DNA of 60,559 bases from a virus (IMGVR_UViG_3300020469_005303:1-60559); one strand, 5' to 3'; counted from the stretch's first letter, positions 8,735 through 18,354 are shown. The notes: generated by a model from the sequence alone, not told the origin. A program made the numbers and translations.

Positions 8735-9964
8735 TTATGTAGTTAGTGATTGGTCTTGTAAATTTTCCCAATCTGATATGGTTTTCTTTATTTGTTTAGC
8801 AATGTCATTGCACATTGTTTCGGTTTTAAAATTTTGAGCATCTATAAACTCAAGAAATTCATCCATTTGGATGTCGTTTGCCTTGTATACATCTAGTATC
8901 TTCTTGCTTACTACATTCGGGTCGGTGTAATCGGAATATATATAAGGTGTTTTTTGAGTTCCTTTTAGTACCTTGCAGTGTGGTTCTATTGCATACGTCC
9001 ACTTAGTGTTTATTTGATCAATGAGTCCGCCTGTTTTATTTACAATTATAGGTGTCTTTGTAGCAACTGATTCAAGTGTACATAAACCGAACCCTTCGTT
9101 TGACGAAATATTAATTGTACAATGAGATAAATTATACATATTATTTAATACTTTTTCACTTACGACTTCATTAGAAATTAAAACAGGCAACTCAGGATAT
9201 AAATCATCTAATATTTTATTTAAATTTATACCACGTGATGCCTCGGGATTAGTATGCATAAGCAATACAACATCTTCTTTTTCTTTCTTTTTTAATTTCC
9301 TATAAAACTTTTCAAAACTTATTATTGTATTTGAAATTTCTTTTCTTGCTATATTAGTTCCATTAAAAAACAAAACAAACTTGTAGTTTCTTCCCAAAAA
9401 TGCTTCTCTATTCTTTTTTATCAGTTCACTTTGTTGAGGAAAAAACATAGTAGTATCTACACCATGTGGAGTATAATAAACACTTTTATGATCTGGAACA
9501 ACATTTTTAACACATTCCTCGGTAAGTTTGCTGATACAACTTATAGTTTCACAATTTTCGTAGAAACTCTTCAAAAAAAATGGATAAGGTTTATTGTCCC
9601 ATACATGGTAGTAAAATATAGGACACTGAACACTTGATCGGTATGAACCAAGAATCCATTCAAATCTATGTGGGTCTGTCATTAAAAACAAACAATCACA
9701 TGACTCTTTTTCAATGATTTCACTCAATCTTTCAATTGAACCATATCCGTCTGTACCGTATATCTTAAAATACGCATTATCATTCTCTGTGATTTTTTGT
9801 ATTGTATCCGAAATATCTTCTTCTTTATCTTTTTCTAATCCTGCCGCCATCTGCACAATATCATAATGTCGTGACAAAAAAAGTGAAACGGGGCGTAATA
9901 TATTTGCAACACCAGTTGCTTGTCTTATATCATCTCCTATTATTAATATTTTTTTATTATGCAC
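8735..9964 (-). CDS. GT-B glycosyltransferase family 4
   Basis: TGVAN, PHGVD, NIARK, SSNEGFGLCTLES, TGGL motifs; GTG start. Confidence 0.9.
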   Translation of the reverse strand: MHNKKILIIGDDIRQATGVANILRPVSLFLSRHYDIVQMAAGLEKDKEEDISDTIQKITENDNAYFKIYGTDGYGSIERLSEIIEKESCDCLFLMTDPHRFEWILGSYRSSVQCPIFYYHVWDNKPYPFFLKSFYENCETISCISKLTEECVKNVVPDHKSVYYTPHGVDTTMFFPQQSELIKKNREAFLGRNYKFVLFFNGTNIARKEISNTIISFEKFYRKLKKKEKEDVVLLMHTNPEASRGINLNKILDDLYPELPVLISNEVVSEKVLNNMYNLSHCTINISSNEGFGLCTLESVATKTPIIVNKTGGLIDQINTKWTYAIEPHCKVLKGTQKTPYIYSDYTDPNVVSKKILDVYKANDIQMDEFLEFIDAQNFKTETMCNDIAKQIKKTISDWENLQDQSLTT

Positions 9965-9970
9965 ACACTC

Positions 9971-9998
9971 ATAGTATGCTAAATCTTGCGAGTGTCAA
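9971..9998 (-). promoter_or_regulatory. Sigma70-type promoter upstream of GT4 gene
   Basis: Minus strand TTGACA-N16-TACTAT ending 6 nt before the GTG. Confidence 0.5.
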
Positions 9999-10001
9999 CA
10001 T

Positions 10002-10199
10002 TTAATACTTGTTGTCGTTATCAAATATTTTTGCTTCATCAAGTTTTTTTTCAAATTTATCATCTTTTAGATACTGCTCAATTGCACGATTAACTAATTT
10101 TTGCAGAGTCATAGGTGAGTCAATTGTCTTTAATTTGAACTTGGAGTAGTTTTCAGACAGAACCTTTACGGTTGTTAACTTGTAATTTGCATCATTCAT
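10002..10199 (-). CDS. Small ribbon-helix-helix-like DNA-binding protein
   Basis: KLTTVKV strand followed by two helices (NYSKFKLK; TLQKLVNRAIEQYL). Confidence 0.6.
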   Translation of the reverse strand: MNDANYKLTTVKVLSENYSKFKLKTIDSPMTLQKLVNRAIEQYLKDDKFEKKLDEAKIFDNDNKY

Positions 10200-10241
10200 T
10201 TATGATAAATATTACCTTGTATCAAAAAAAAATTATAAAAA

Positions 10242-10595
10242 TTAAATTTCACTTGTCCACTTGGGTGGATTTAATGGACATTTGCTAGTTGATAGTAAAA
10301 GTTTGCCACTACTACACCCACATTTTAAACATCTGGCAATCTTAGTTTGTTTAATTTCTTGCCAGTATTCACAACTACGACATATTGATAATCTTTTATT
10401 CCATTGTTCACTGCTTACTACAGGACGACCTGCACGTTGCCATTCAACAAGTGCTTTAGATAAATTATTTGCTAAATCAAAAAAACCTACATTTGATTTC
10501 GGTTTACTAGAGTTATTTGAAGTTGACTTATCTGTGTTTGGTTCTGATTTGTCTTCTTCAAGTTTCTTATATCTTTTAAAAAATCTTCGTGCCAT
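10242..10595 (-). CDS. Cys-rich metal-binding protein (DUF6171-like)
   Basis: RLSICRSC...RCLKCGC...KCPLNPPKW; basic low-complexity N-terminus. Confidence 0.6.
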   Translation of the reverse strand: MARRFFKRYKKLEEDKSEPNTDKSTSNNSSKPKSNVGFFDLANNLSKALVEWQRAGRPVVSSEQWNKRLSICRSCEYWQEIKQTKIARCLKCGCSSGKLLLSTSKCPLNPPKWTSEI

Positions 10596-10635
10596 AATTG
10601 TTTGTAATATTATTGAATTAAGTATACTTATAGAT

Positions 10636-10926
10636 ATGGATAATATAACTTTTCAAATTCCAAAAGATAACATTTCTCTAAAAAACGATATTAAAAAAAG
10701 AAAACACGAATACATGAAGCACATATATGAATGCTTCAAGCAAATAAATGAAAATGATATTCCTGACCGACTTAATTTATTTGCATTCAAAAACACTAAT
10801 CTTGAAATTATAGTTAAAAAAGAAAGTTATGAAATTAACTTGAAAAACTTAATAAATTATTTTAGTGATATAGAAGAATACGAAATTTGTACTGTTTTAA
10901 ATAATAAGCTTAATACGCTTAAATAG
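10636..10926 (+). CDS. Hypothetical phage protein
   Basis: ATG 10636 directly after ATACTTATA motif; YFSDIEEYEIC C-terminal motif. The longer ORF-track version overlaps the opposite-strand gene. Confidence 0.65.
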   Translation: MDNITFQIPKDNISLKNDIKKRKHEYMKHIYECFKQINENDIPDRLNLFAFKNTNLEIIVKKESYEINLKNLINYFSDIEEYEICTVLNNKLNTLK

Positions 10927-10990
10927 AATAATATTAATATAGACTTATAAGTATACAAGAACAATACTGTCATAACGTGGAGAAAAACCT

Positions 10991-11746
10991 ATGTCAAGAA
11001 AAAAAACAAAAACTGTAAATAAAAATCTGCTTGCTAATGCTCACATTGAAGAAGGTATGCAAGAAAACCAACTTACTCCACTTAGAAAATTAAAAATAAA
11101 GTTAAACAAAAAGTTTACAGAAAAACAGAAAGAGCTTAACGAAATCGCACTTCGTGAAGATACGAAACTAATTTTCATTGATGGTCCAGCAGGAACAGCG
11201 AAAACGTGGTTAAGTGTATATTGTGGATTGGAATTATTTCAGGAACAAAAAATCGAGGAAATGATATATGTCAGAAGTGCGGTTGAAAGTTCTGATCAAA
11301 AACTTGGTTTTCTACCTGGTGCTCAAGATGATAAGATGGCTCCGTATTTAGAACCATTTAAAGATAAATTAGAAGAATTATTGAATCCAATAGATATAAG
11401 ATACTTACAGGAAGAAGAAAGAATATATGGAATTCCTGTAGGATTCCTAAGAGGTGCTAGTTGGGAAAATAAATTTATCTTGGTAGACGAAGCACAAAAT
11501 TTATCAGAAAAGGAAATGGTTACTATAATGACAAGAATTGGAGAAAATTGTAAGGTATTTATATGTGGTGATGTTATGCAAAGTGATATCGGAAACAGAA
11601 GTGGTTTCAATAGTATACTAGATTTATTTGAAGATCAGGCGTCAAAAGACCACGGAATTCACACCTATAAGTTCACAGAAGAGGATATTGTTAGGAGTGA
11701 ATTGGTAAAATTTATAATTACTAAGTTAAAAAGTTTATCAAAATAA
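10991..11746 (+). CDS. phoH: PhoH-family ATPase
   Basis: GPAGTAKT Walker A, RSAVE, LGFLPG, FLRGAS, DEAQN, TRIG, GDVMQSD, DIVRS; SD GGAG. Confidence 0.95.
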   Translation: MSRKKTKTVNKNLLANAHIEEGMQENQLTPLRKLKIKLNKKFTEKQKELNEIALREDTKLIFIDGPAGTAKTWLSVYCGLELFQEQKIEEMIYVRSAVESSDQKLGFLPGAQDDKMAPYLEPFKDKLEELLNPIDIRYLQEEERIYGIPVGFLRGASWENKFILVDEAQNLSEKEMVTIMTRIGENCKVFICGDVMQSDIGNRSGFNSILDLFEDQASKDHGIHTYKFTEEDIVRSELVKFIITKLKSLSK

Positions 11747-11774
11747 TATTTATAGAACATAAAACAATATATGT

Positions 11775-11783
11775 ATATTTATA
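11775..11783 (+). promoter_or_regulatory. ATATTTATA putative late-promoter motif (second copy 11746-11754)
   Basis: Same motif recurs in most intergenic gaps upstream of starts (see findings). Confidence 0.55.
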
Positions 11784-11809
11784 CTTTCACAGACTTTTAA
11801 AAATTTGAA

Positions 11810-13705
11810 ATGGCCAATCAGAAAATTACAGACTTGAATAGATTAAACAATCTTGAGGCAGATGACCTTTTTATTGTTGTCGATACTGACTCAAAGTCAA
11901 ACTCAGCATCACCAACCGGAGAGACTAAAGGTATATCAGCTGGATCACTTGCATCTGAATTAAATAAGATTGCAAATAACGAAGTTGGAATTGATTTTAA
12001 GCACCTTAGAGATGTTCCAAATTCATATGATGAAAACAAAGGTGGTTATATAAAAATTAACAACGATGGAACAGGAATAGAATTTACCGATTCACCCGGT
12101 GCATCTGAGCAAGTATTTGCAGGATCATTTTTAGAAGACCGAGTAAATGGACAATTGCAATCATATGCAATTGGAGATATTTTATATGTATCAAGCAACA
12201 ATAAGTTCTCTAAAGCAAGTTGCACTAGTTTGGAAATGTCAGAAGCTGTAGGTATTATCAGAAAAATAAAATACACAACCGACTCAACTGATGTAAACAA
12301 ACTTATAGAAAAAGTAAGTGTAGTATTTAATGGATACATTGAATTTCAATGGGATACTAGTATTTTGGGTGGACCTTTGTCAATTGAAAGCAGACCAATT
12401 GATCCAGATGATACTTCTATAACCCGAGTATACGACAAGCAATTATTTGAACCAGGAAAAACCTATTTCCTCGGTACATCGGGTAGTTTAATGAGTTTAG
12501 ATCCTGCGGAACTTGTAAGTCTTGACACAACCGTATCAAAACCTATGGTAGTTGCCACATCAAAAACAACAGGTATACTTATGAACTATCGTGGACTTGT
12601 ATGTTCTTCTGATGAACAATCAAACAAATTTGTTATATACGAACCATCTGCGTGTAATAGTATTAAAACAGGCGATGTATTAAGAATAAAACGATCAAAG
12701 GTTAGAACATCAGTTGACAACTTCACTATATCATCCGAATATGATAATTCCTTATTATCAGAAAATGTTTTACCAAACTTTTTGGGAAGAGAAAGTGGGA
12801 CCACAGAGTATGCACTGTGCAATTCGGCATCTCAACAAAAAACACTAACTACCAACAATAATCAAAATCCACCAGTTGAAGATGATAATTACGGATGTAA
12901 TATGTTAGGTGTTGTTATAAACTCAACTAGTGACTTTTTTGAAATTCAGACAAGTGGTATGGTAGAATTTATAGCACCTGAATATGAATCATCGGAAACT
13001 ATTACACTACCGAGTGGTGACCAACAAGCAGTCAATAAGGAAATTGTAGACGGACTTTTTAAAACAGGATACACTTATTATATTGAATCGTTCCCAATAA
13101 ACAGTGACCAACTTGCATCCACAAACCAAACAACAGAATTAAGAAATTCAGTTTACGATTACGCACCCGAAGAGTTAAGTGAATATTACACTGATGAAGA
13201 AACAGGTAACCTATCTGTTTTAGGGCAAAAGTTAGTACCACTGTTGGATGGAACTTCACCTTTTAGAAATACGACAATAATTGATCCATTTGTAAGAGAC
13301 CACACAACAGGTAAAGTTATATCATATTCAAAACCAGCATTTTATGCCGTGTCACCCAATAAAATATTAATTTTAAACCAACCTGCATACCCTAACCCAA
13401 AAGACAGATGTAACGCAGTTGATCCTACAACATGGACTCCATGTGCATATGAATCACGAGAGTCACAAAGTTATACAATAAATCGTCCACGTGAATTTAC
13501 CGGACAAACAGAACTTGAAAAATTTTCTAGTGATTTCCTAAAAATTGCATGGCCAGAAGCAGGAACAAACGACAGAGGAGTCATAACATTTATTATTGAA
13601 TATACCCAAAACAACGAAGAAGTAACAAAATTTGAATCACATGAACTAGTAAAACTCGACTCAGTTGATGGATCAAACTGGAACTACGTAAGGAAACTTT
13701 CATAA
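11810..13705 (+). CDS. Putative virion structural / fibre-associated protein
   Basis: MANQKITDL N-terminus typical of phage fibre proteins; LRDVPNSY motif; two (P/T)GxTY(F/Y)...SKP modules. Confidence 0.6.
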   Translation: MANQKITDLNRLNNLEADDLFIVVDTDSKSNSASPTGETKGISAGSLASELNKIANNEVGIDFKHLRDVPNSYDENKGGYIKINNDGTGIEFTDSPGASEQVFAGSFLEDRVNGQLQSYAIGDILYVSSNNKFSKASCTSLEMSEAVGIIRKIKYTTDSTDVNKLIEKVSVVFNGYIEFQWDTSILGGPLSIESRPIDPDDTSITRVYDKQLFEPGKTYFLGTSGSLMSLDPAELVSLDTTVSKPMVVATSKTTGILMNYRGLVCSSDEQSNKFVIYEPSACNSIKTGDVLRIKRSKVRTSVDNFTISSEYDNSLLSENVLPNFLGRESGTTEYALCNSASQQKTLTTNNNQNPPVEDDNYGCNMLGVVINSTSDFFEIQTSGMVEFIAPEYESSETITLPSGDQQAVNKEIVDGLFKTGYTYYIESFPINSDQLASTNQTTELRNSVYDYAPEELSEYYTDEETGNLSVLGQKLVPLLDGTSPFRNTTIIDPFVRDHTTGKVISYSKPAFYAVSPNKILILNQPAYPNPKDRCNAVDPTTWTPCAYESRESQSYTINRPREFTGQTELEKFSSDFLKIAWPEAGTNDRGVITFIIEYTQNNEEVTKFESHELVKLDSVDGSNWNYVRKLS

Positions 13706-14097
13706 TGGGATCATTATACGACATAGGAAACTTTAGATACAAACACTTTACATTCTTTTCGTGCAAAACTGATAATAATGAAGGTTGTGATGGATCACCA
13801 CCAAACTCAATTGATGATAACGGAAACGATGTAGATGAAATAATTGGATTTTTAGACAGAGTATGGCCACACAAAGGAATTTTTATAGGTGATAGTTCCG
13901 AGGGAGATTACTGTTTTGTTACTTATGTCACTCAAACTTCTGAAAAAATTGAAGTCAAGCAAATTTATGTATACAAAAGAGTTCGTGCAATTAATGTATC
14001 AGAAAGTACAACATCAGCTACCAAGTATATATTACAATGGGAACGTGTAATTGACCCAATAAGATCACTTAAACCAGGAATTACACAAAATATTTAA
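13705..14097 (+). CDS. Hypothetical protein (resembles the C-terminus of the upstream gene)
   Basis: TAATG overlap with upstream gene; FLDRVWP vs FLKIAWP. Confidence 0.65.
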   Translation: MGSLYDIGNFRYKHFTFFSCKTDNNEGCDGSPPNSIDDNGNDVDEIIGFLDRVWPHKGIFIGDSSEGDYCFVTYVTQTSEKIEVKQIYVYKRVRAINVSESTTSATKYILQWERVIDPIRSLKPGITQNI

Positions 14098-14107
14098 GGA
14101 AACGGTT

Positions 14108-16330
14108 ATGTCAAATTCAGCATTCAATATGTCAAAGTGTGGATCGAGTGGAGGTCGTGGAGGTGCTTGTAACCCAAGTGGTTGGGCAAAAATACAAGCA
14201 ACAGACGGAAACGAGATAACAATAGTGTCAGATGATAAACTCAGAAGTGCTCTTCGTGAAATCCACAAAGATTACTATGGTGACAACAAGGAAGTTGGAG
14301 GACTTAGTTCAGTAAAAGACCATGTTGAGTTAGTATATGATTGTCCCAAAGCAGGTGATGCCATTTACTACAATCCTACTAAAAACGGGTGGGACTTAGC
14401 TTCTGCCGAACTAGACAACTCAAACTATTTTGATACAGAGAGATTAATTGAATCACTAGCAGTAGTTGAAAAAGTATTAGTAGAATGTAAAGAGGGTGAC
14501 ACCAATAACCGAACCGAAGCACGTGTTGTTTTTTTCGGAAAAGTAACATTTCCTGAAGAATCATCAAAATTACAACCTGGTATAGTTTATTATTTGGCAG
14601 ACACACTTGCACTTTTGAATGAATCACAAGAAACAAACAGACAATCAGTTACATCTGGATTGGTTGACACAGGAACATGGAAGAGAGTTGGATCAAATGT
14701 AGTACATTCAAATTATGAACCAACTATAAGCAAACCTGTGTTTGTTGCAACAGGAGATCATACTGCAATAGTCACAAACTACAGACCATTAACAGGATCT
14801 CCAACAGGTGGACGAGAATTATCAGAAGAGTACAAGGTGAGAATTGATCCCCATATCTATACAGAATCAGATTCTGGAAACATTTTATACACAGGATGGA
14901 AAATCCGAGTGGAGAACACCGGCACGGTCACAAGCAGAAATAATCTTGTTCTTGAAATTACATACAACAAACTTGAAGGACCACAAGAATCACGTGAATA
15001 TGGTGAGGGAAGTGAATCTAAACCTACACTTATGGGATCAGAGACATACGTGTATCATATTGACATTGGGGTGCTTCATAACGAAGCAGAAGCAAATGTA
15101 AAAGACGATGATACTATCGTGTCATACAAAGTAATTGACTTTATTCCTACATCATTTATAGAAAACACAGGTATTGGAGAAGTAAACGTAAAACTTAAGG
15201 TAATGACACAGTCTACCGCAAATATTAGTTTTAATGACAGATACAATTCACCTGAAGTTTTACTGGCAAACGCAGATGACATAAAAACAAGTCGACTTGT
15301 ACCCACACTTGAGTGGACAGGAAGTTGTGCAGACAACCTTCAAAACGATAATGATATATATGTTAAGGGAAGCACAATCTTACCCGCAAGTGATGTCAAG
15401 TACGAAGAAGGTTCTGTGTTTGAAGTCAAGTTAGTTGACTCAAAAACTCCATCAGTTGGCAGTGATGACGTTTACGAATTTAAAGTTCCAATGCCATATA
15501 ATATAGGATTCAAAATAGATTCATTGATAGAGAACAGTGACGGAGACTATGAGAACGATGATGAATGGACAGCGGTCACGGGTACATTTAAACTTTCACT
15601 ACCAAGTAAAGAAGTAATTGAAATTATACCTGTAAGTTCAAGTGGACAAACTGTAGTAGAAAAAATACTTAGAATTTCCGCTGTCACTTTAGACGGAAAC
15701 ACACTTCCTTCTACACACTGGGCAAATCAATATTCAACAAGTCAACTTAAAAACAACCGAGTAGTATGTTTATCAAACTCATGTTGTATTGACGAATTTG
15801 AGCAATTCATACCAGATAACTCAGCAAGTATAGAAAAAAGCATTACTTCAATTCTTACCAACGGAGACTCGCAATTAATAAACAACAAGGATGGTGCTAC
15901 ATTTTATAGTAAATCTGTAAATGCTCAGTCTTGGCAAGGAACAAAGAGCAGATTGGCATTATCGTGGAAAAACTTCAGAGAAAACACAGTCTTCTGTTAT
16001 CCTGCGGTTGATAATGGTTCTGAACCTGCATTTATGACAATTTATGCAGACGAAGCACGAATAATAGAATCGATTGAAAATCACGAAAAAACAGATAACG
16101 AATCTGCATTTTACGATCCGAGGTATACGATTATGGAGGTAGGTGCTCAAAACACCCTCAATGGACAATTAGTAAGAGTTACTGTAAATTCAGGATCAAA
16201 AGTAGCAGACGCACCAGAAACGTGTTTCGTATTTAAGTTCTCTGGTAGTATCAAGGGTACACACTTTACATTAAGAGAATTAAAACACTTTGATCCATCT
16301 TACTCTGAAAGACAAATTAGCAAAACATAG
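14108..16330 (+). CDS. Putative virion structural protein with a C-terminal 'WKNFRE' domain
   Basis: PGIVYYL...SKPVFVATG module shared with 11810 gene; C-terminal LSWKNFRE...GTHFTLRELK domain. Confidence 0.65.
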   Translation: MSNSAFNMSKCGSSGGRGGACNPSGWAKIQATDGNEITIVSDDKLRSALREIHKDYYGDNKEVGGLSSVKDHVELVYDCPKAGDAIYYNPTKNGWDLASAELDNSNYFDTERLIESLAVVEKVLVECKEGDTNNRTEARVVFFGKVTFPEESSKLQPGIVYYLADTLALLNESQETNRQSVTSGLVDTGTWKRVGSNVVHSNYEPTISKPVFVATGDHTAIVTNYRPLTGSPTGGRELSEEYKVRIDPHIYTESDSGNILYTGWKIRVENTGTVTSRNNLVLEITYNKLEGPQESREYGEGSESKPTLMGSETYVYHIDIGVLHNEAEANVKDDDTIVSYKVIDFIPTSFIENTGIGEVNVKLKVMTQSTANISFNDRYNSPEVLLANADDIKTSRLVPTLEWTGSCADNLQNDNDIYVKGSTILPASDVKYEEGSVFEVKLVDSKTPSVGSDDVYEFKVPMPYNIGFKIDSLIENSDGDYENDDEWTAVTGTFKLSLPSKEVIEIIPVSSSGQTVVEKILRISAVTLDGNTLPSTHWANQYSTSQLKNNRVVCLSNSCCIDEFEQFIPDNSASIEKSITSILTNGDSQLINNKDGATFYSKSVNAQSWQGTKSRLALSWKNFRENTVFCYPAVDNGSEPAFMTIYADEARIIESIENHEKTDNESAFYDPRYTIMEVGAQNTLNGQLVRVTVNSGSKVADAPETCFVFKFSGSIKGTHFTLRELKHFDPSYSERQISKT

Positions 16331-17061
16331 TGAAAATGGACATAAGTCTTGTAATTCCTATATTTGATTTGTGTGAATATAGATTAAGGAACTTGGCTTT
16401 TATTTTAAATCACATTAGTGATTCGCAATTGTCACGCAGAATTTATGTTGCAGAGCAGGACTCAAACAACAACAAAAAGTCGCAAGACATAACAAGCAGA
16501 TTTCCAAATGTAAAGCACATTACATTTAATTTAGGTCAATCTAAATTTAATAAATCTAAGTTACTTAATAGATTTGTTGATAATATAACAAGTGAGTTTA
16601 TATGGGTGTGGGATGTGGATGTATATTTGGATGTTGATTATGTCATTTCACAACTACCAAAAAATGTAAAACTAGTACGCCCATTTGAATGCATATTACA
16701 CCTTAACAAATCAGAAAGTGAATATTTGCTCAATACCAATCTTATAAAAATAAAAAATAAAAAAAACAGCAATCATGCATTTGGAAAATATAGTTTCATA
16801 TTAAGCACAAATTACTTTAAACAAATTAATGGGTACGATGAAAATTTTGAGGGGTGGGGATTTCAAGACCTTGATTTAATTTCAAGATTACCAAAAAAAA
16901 TATATACAGGTTATACAAAAAATATTGCATTTCACTTATACCATGTTGAGGCATCAAGAGAAAATTACAATAATAACAAGAAATTGTTTAACGAAAAAGG
17001 AAACTTTAAAAAACTAGTACCAAAACAAAAAAAAGTTCTTGATAAAAAAACTAAACTATAA
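16330..17061 (+). CDS. Glycosyltransferase GT2 with GT7-like C-terminal motif
   Basis: SLVIP, VAEQD, FNKSKLLN, WDVD, INGYDENFEGWGFQDLD, HLYH. Confidence 0.85.
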   Translation: MKMDISLVIPIFDLCEYRLRNLAFILNHISDSQLSRRIYVAEQDSNNNKKSQDITSRFPNVKHITFNLGQSKFNKSKLLNRFVDNITSEFIWVWDVDVYLDVDYVISQLPKNVKLVRPFECILHLNKSESEYLLNTNLIKIKNKKNSNHAFGKYSFILSTNYFKQINGYDENFEGWGFQDLDLISRLPKKIYTGYTKNIAFHLYHVEASRENYNNNKKLFNEKGNFKKLVPKQKKVLDKKTKL

Positions 17062-17067
17062 TATAAT
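17039..17067 (+). promoter_or_regulatory. Sigma70-type promoter upstream of HD gene
   Basis: TTGATA-N17-TATAAT, 8 nt before ATG 17076. Confidence 0.7.
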
Positions 17068-17075
17068 AGTTTATT

Positions 17076-17747
17076 ATGAAAAAATATACAGAATCAGAAT
17101 TGCAAGATAATTACTACAATTTTTTAAAATTTATAGAGAATACATTTGAAGGAGACAGACAAGAAAAACTATTACATATGTTTGGAACTGATGAAGGTTG
17201 CCTTGGACTACGGGCACTAATTTCTCCTGCAAGTAGCATTGACAGATTTCACAATGCGTATGATGGTGGATATATAGACCATGTGCTTGGTGTGTGTAAA
17301 ACTGTGCGTGGAGTAAAGGTGTTGCTTCAAAGTATTGGTGCAAATATAGATTTTACAGATGATGAAATGATGTTCGCTGCGTTTAATCACGACCTTGGTA
17401 AACTTGGCTCACTCGATGGTGAACAATATGTACACAATGATAGCGAGTGGCATCGCAAGAACCAAGGTAAACTATATAATATTAATCCTGATATTCATTG
17501 GATGTCTGTTACTGACAGGACTATATGGTTACTTCAGCAATTTGAAATCAAGATTACTGAAAAAGAATTTTTGGGAATAAAACTATCAGACGGTATGTAT
17601 GATGAGTCAAATCCACAATACTTAAAAGCATTCTCAAAAGAGGTTGGGTTGAAGACTGAACTTCCAAGAGTAATTCATTGGGCAGATCACATGACTTGTC
17701 TTGCTGAAAAATCAAACATGGAAGATATAATGAAATTTAATCCATGA
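17076..17747 (+). CDS. HD-domain metal-dependent phosphohydrolase
   Basis: PAS...HNAYDGGYIDHV, NHDLGK, HWAD motifs. Confidence 0.85.
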   Translation: MKKYTESELQDNYYNFLKFIENTFEGDRQEKLLHMFGTDEGCLGLRALISPASSIDRFHNAYDGGYIDHVLGVCKTVRGVKVLLQSIGANIDFTDDEMMFAAFNHDLGKLGSLDGEQYVHNDSEWHRKNQGKLYNINPDIHWMSVTDRTIWLLQQFEIKITEKEFLGIKLSDGMYDESNPQYLKAFSKEVGLKTELPRVIHWADHMTCLAEKSNMEDIMKFNP

Positions 17748-17787
17748 AGCTTAATAAAATTTACTTCTTATAGTATATTTATAAACA

Positions 17788-17836
17788 GAGCAATGCTCAC
17801 TAGAGGTTGTTCATCGGATGCCCACGTTGGGGTTCG
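17788..17836 (+). promoter_or_regulatory. Twin bulged hairpins in hsp20 5' leader (candidate cis-regulatory RNA)
   Basis: GAGCAA-UG-CUC-acua-GAG-G-UUGUUC and CGGA-UG-CCC-acguu-GGG-G-UUCG, starting 5 nt after ATATTTATA (17775-17783). Confidence 0.55.
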
Positions 17837-17859
17837 TAACTAAAATAGGAAATAATAAA

Positions 17860-18354
17860 ATGAAAAACTACGGATATAAGTCCAGCGGAACAGGACTTAA
17901 TAAACACGTTCCAACAATGCGCGATGAGTTTTTAACTCCATTTGATTCAATATTTGACAAAATGGTCAATCAAGCATTTCCAAACTTCGGTCAAGAATTC
18001 GGAGTGAACTTCTTTGGAAATAGTTCATACCCACGGGTGAATGTGGCAGACGCAAAGAGTGAAGTTAGAATTGAAGCAGAAATTGCAGGACTCAACAAAG
18101 AGGATGTATCTGTTGAGTATGCCGATGGAATGCTAACTATATCAGGTGATAAAAAAACCGAAGTAGAAGATCCAGATGTAAAATATGTATACAAAGAATT
18201 AAAGCGATCTTCGTTTAAAAGATCATTTAAAGTTGATGATCAAACCCTTGCGGTAGATAAAATATCAGCTAAGTTTGATAATGGAATTTTAAACGTAAGT
18301 ATTCCAAAACGAGAAGTGGTCGAGACTAAAGCAAAAAAGGTCAAAATACTATAA
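17860..18354 (+). CDS. hsp20: Small heat shock protein (Hsp20/alpha-crystallin)
   Basis: YPRVNV, IEAEIAGLNKEDV, LTISG, ELKRSSFKRSF, AKFDNGIL.V.IPK; ATG 17860 after AGGA. Confidence 0.95.
   Translation: MKNYGYKSSGTGLNKHVPTMRDEFLTPFDSIFDKMVNQAFPNFGQEFGVNFFGNSSYPRVNVADAKSEVRIEAEIAGLNKEDVSVEYADGMLTISGDKKTEVEDPDVKYVYKELKRSSFKRSFKVDDQTLAVDKISAKFDNGILNVSIPKREVVETKAKKVKIL

Noticed and set aside
10261-10635. N-terminal extension of the 221-aa plus-strand ORF
   Set aside because: Overlaps the Cys-rich minus-strand gene; ATG 10636 after the promoter-like motif is the better start.
17818-17859. Longer Hsp20 starting at ATG 17818
   Set aside because: That ATG lies within hairpin 2 and lacks an SD; ATG 17860 has AGGA at normal spacing.
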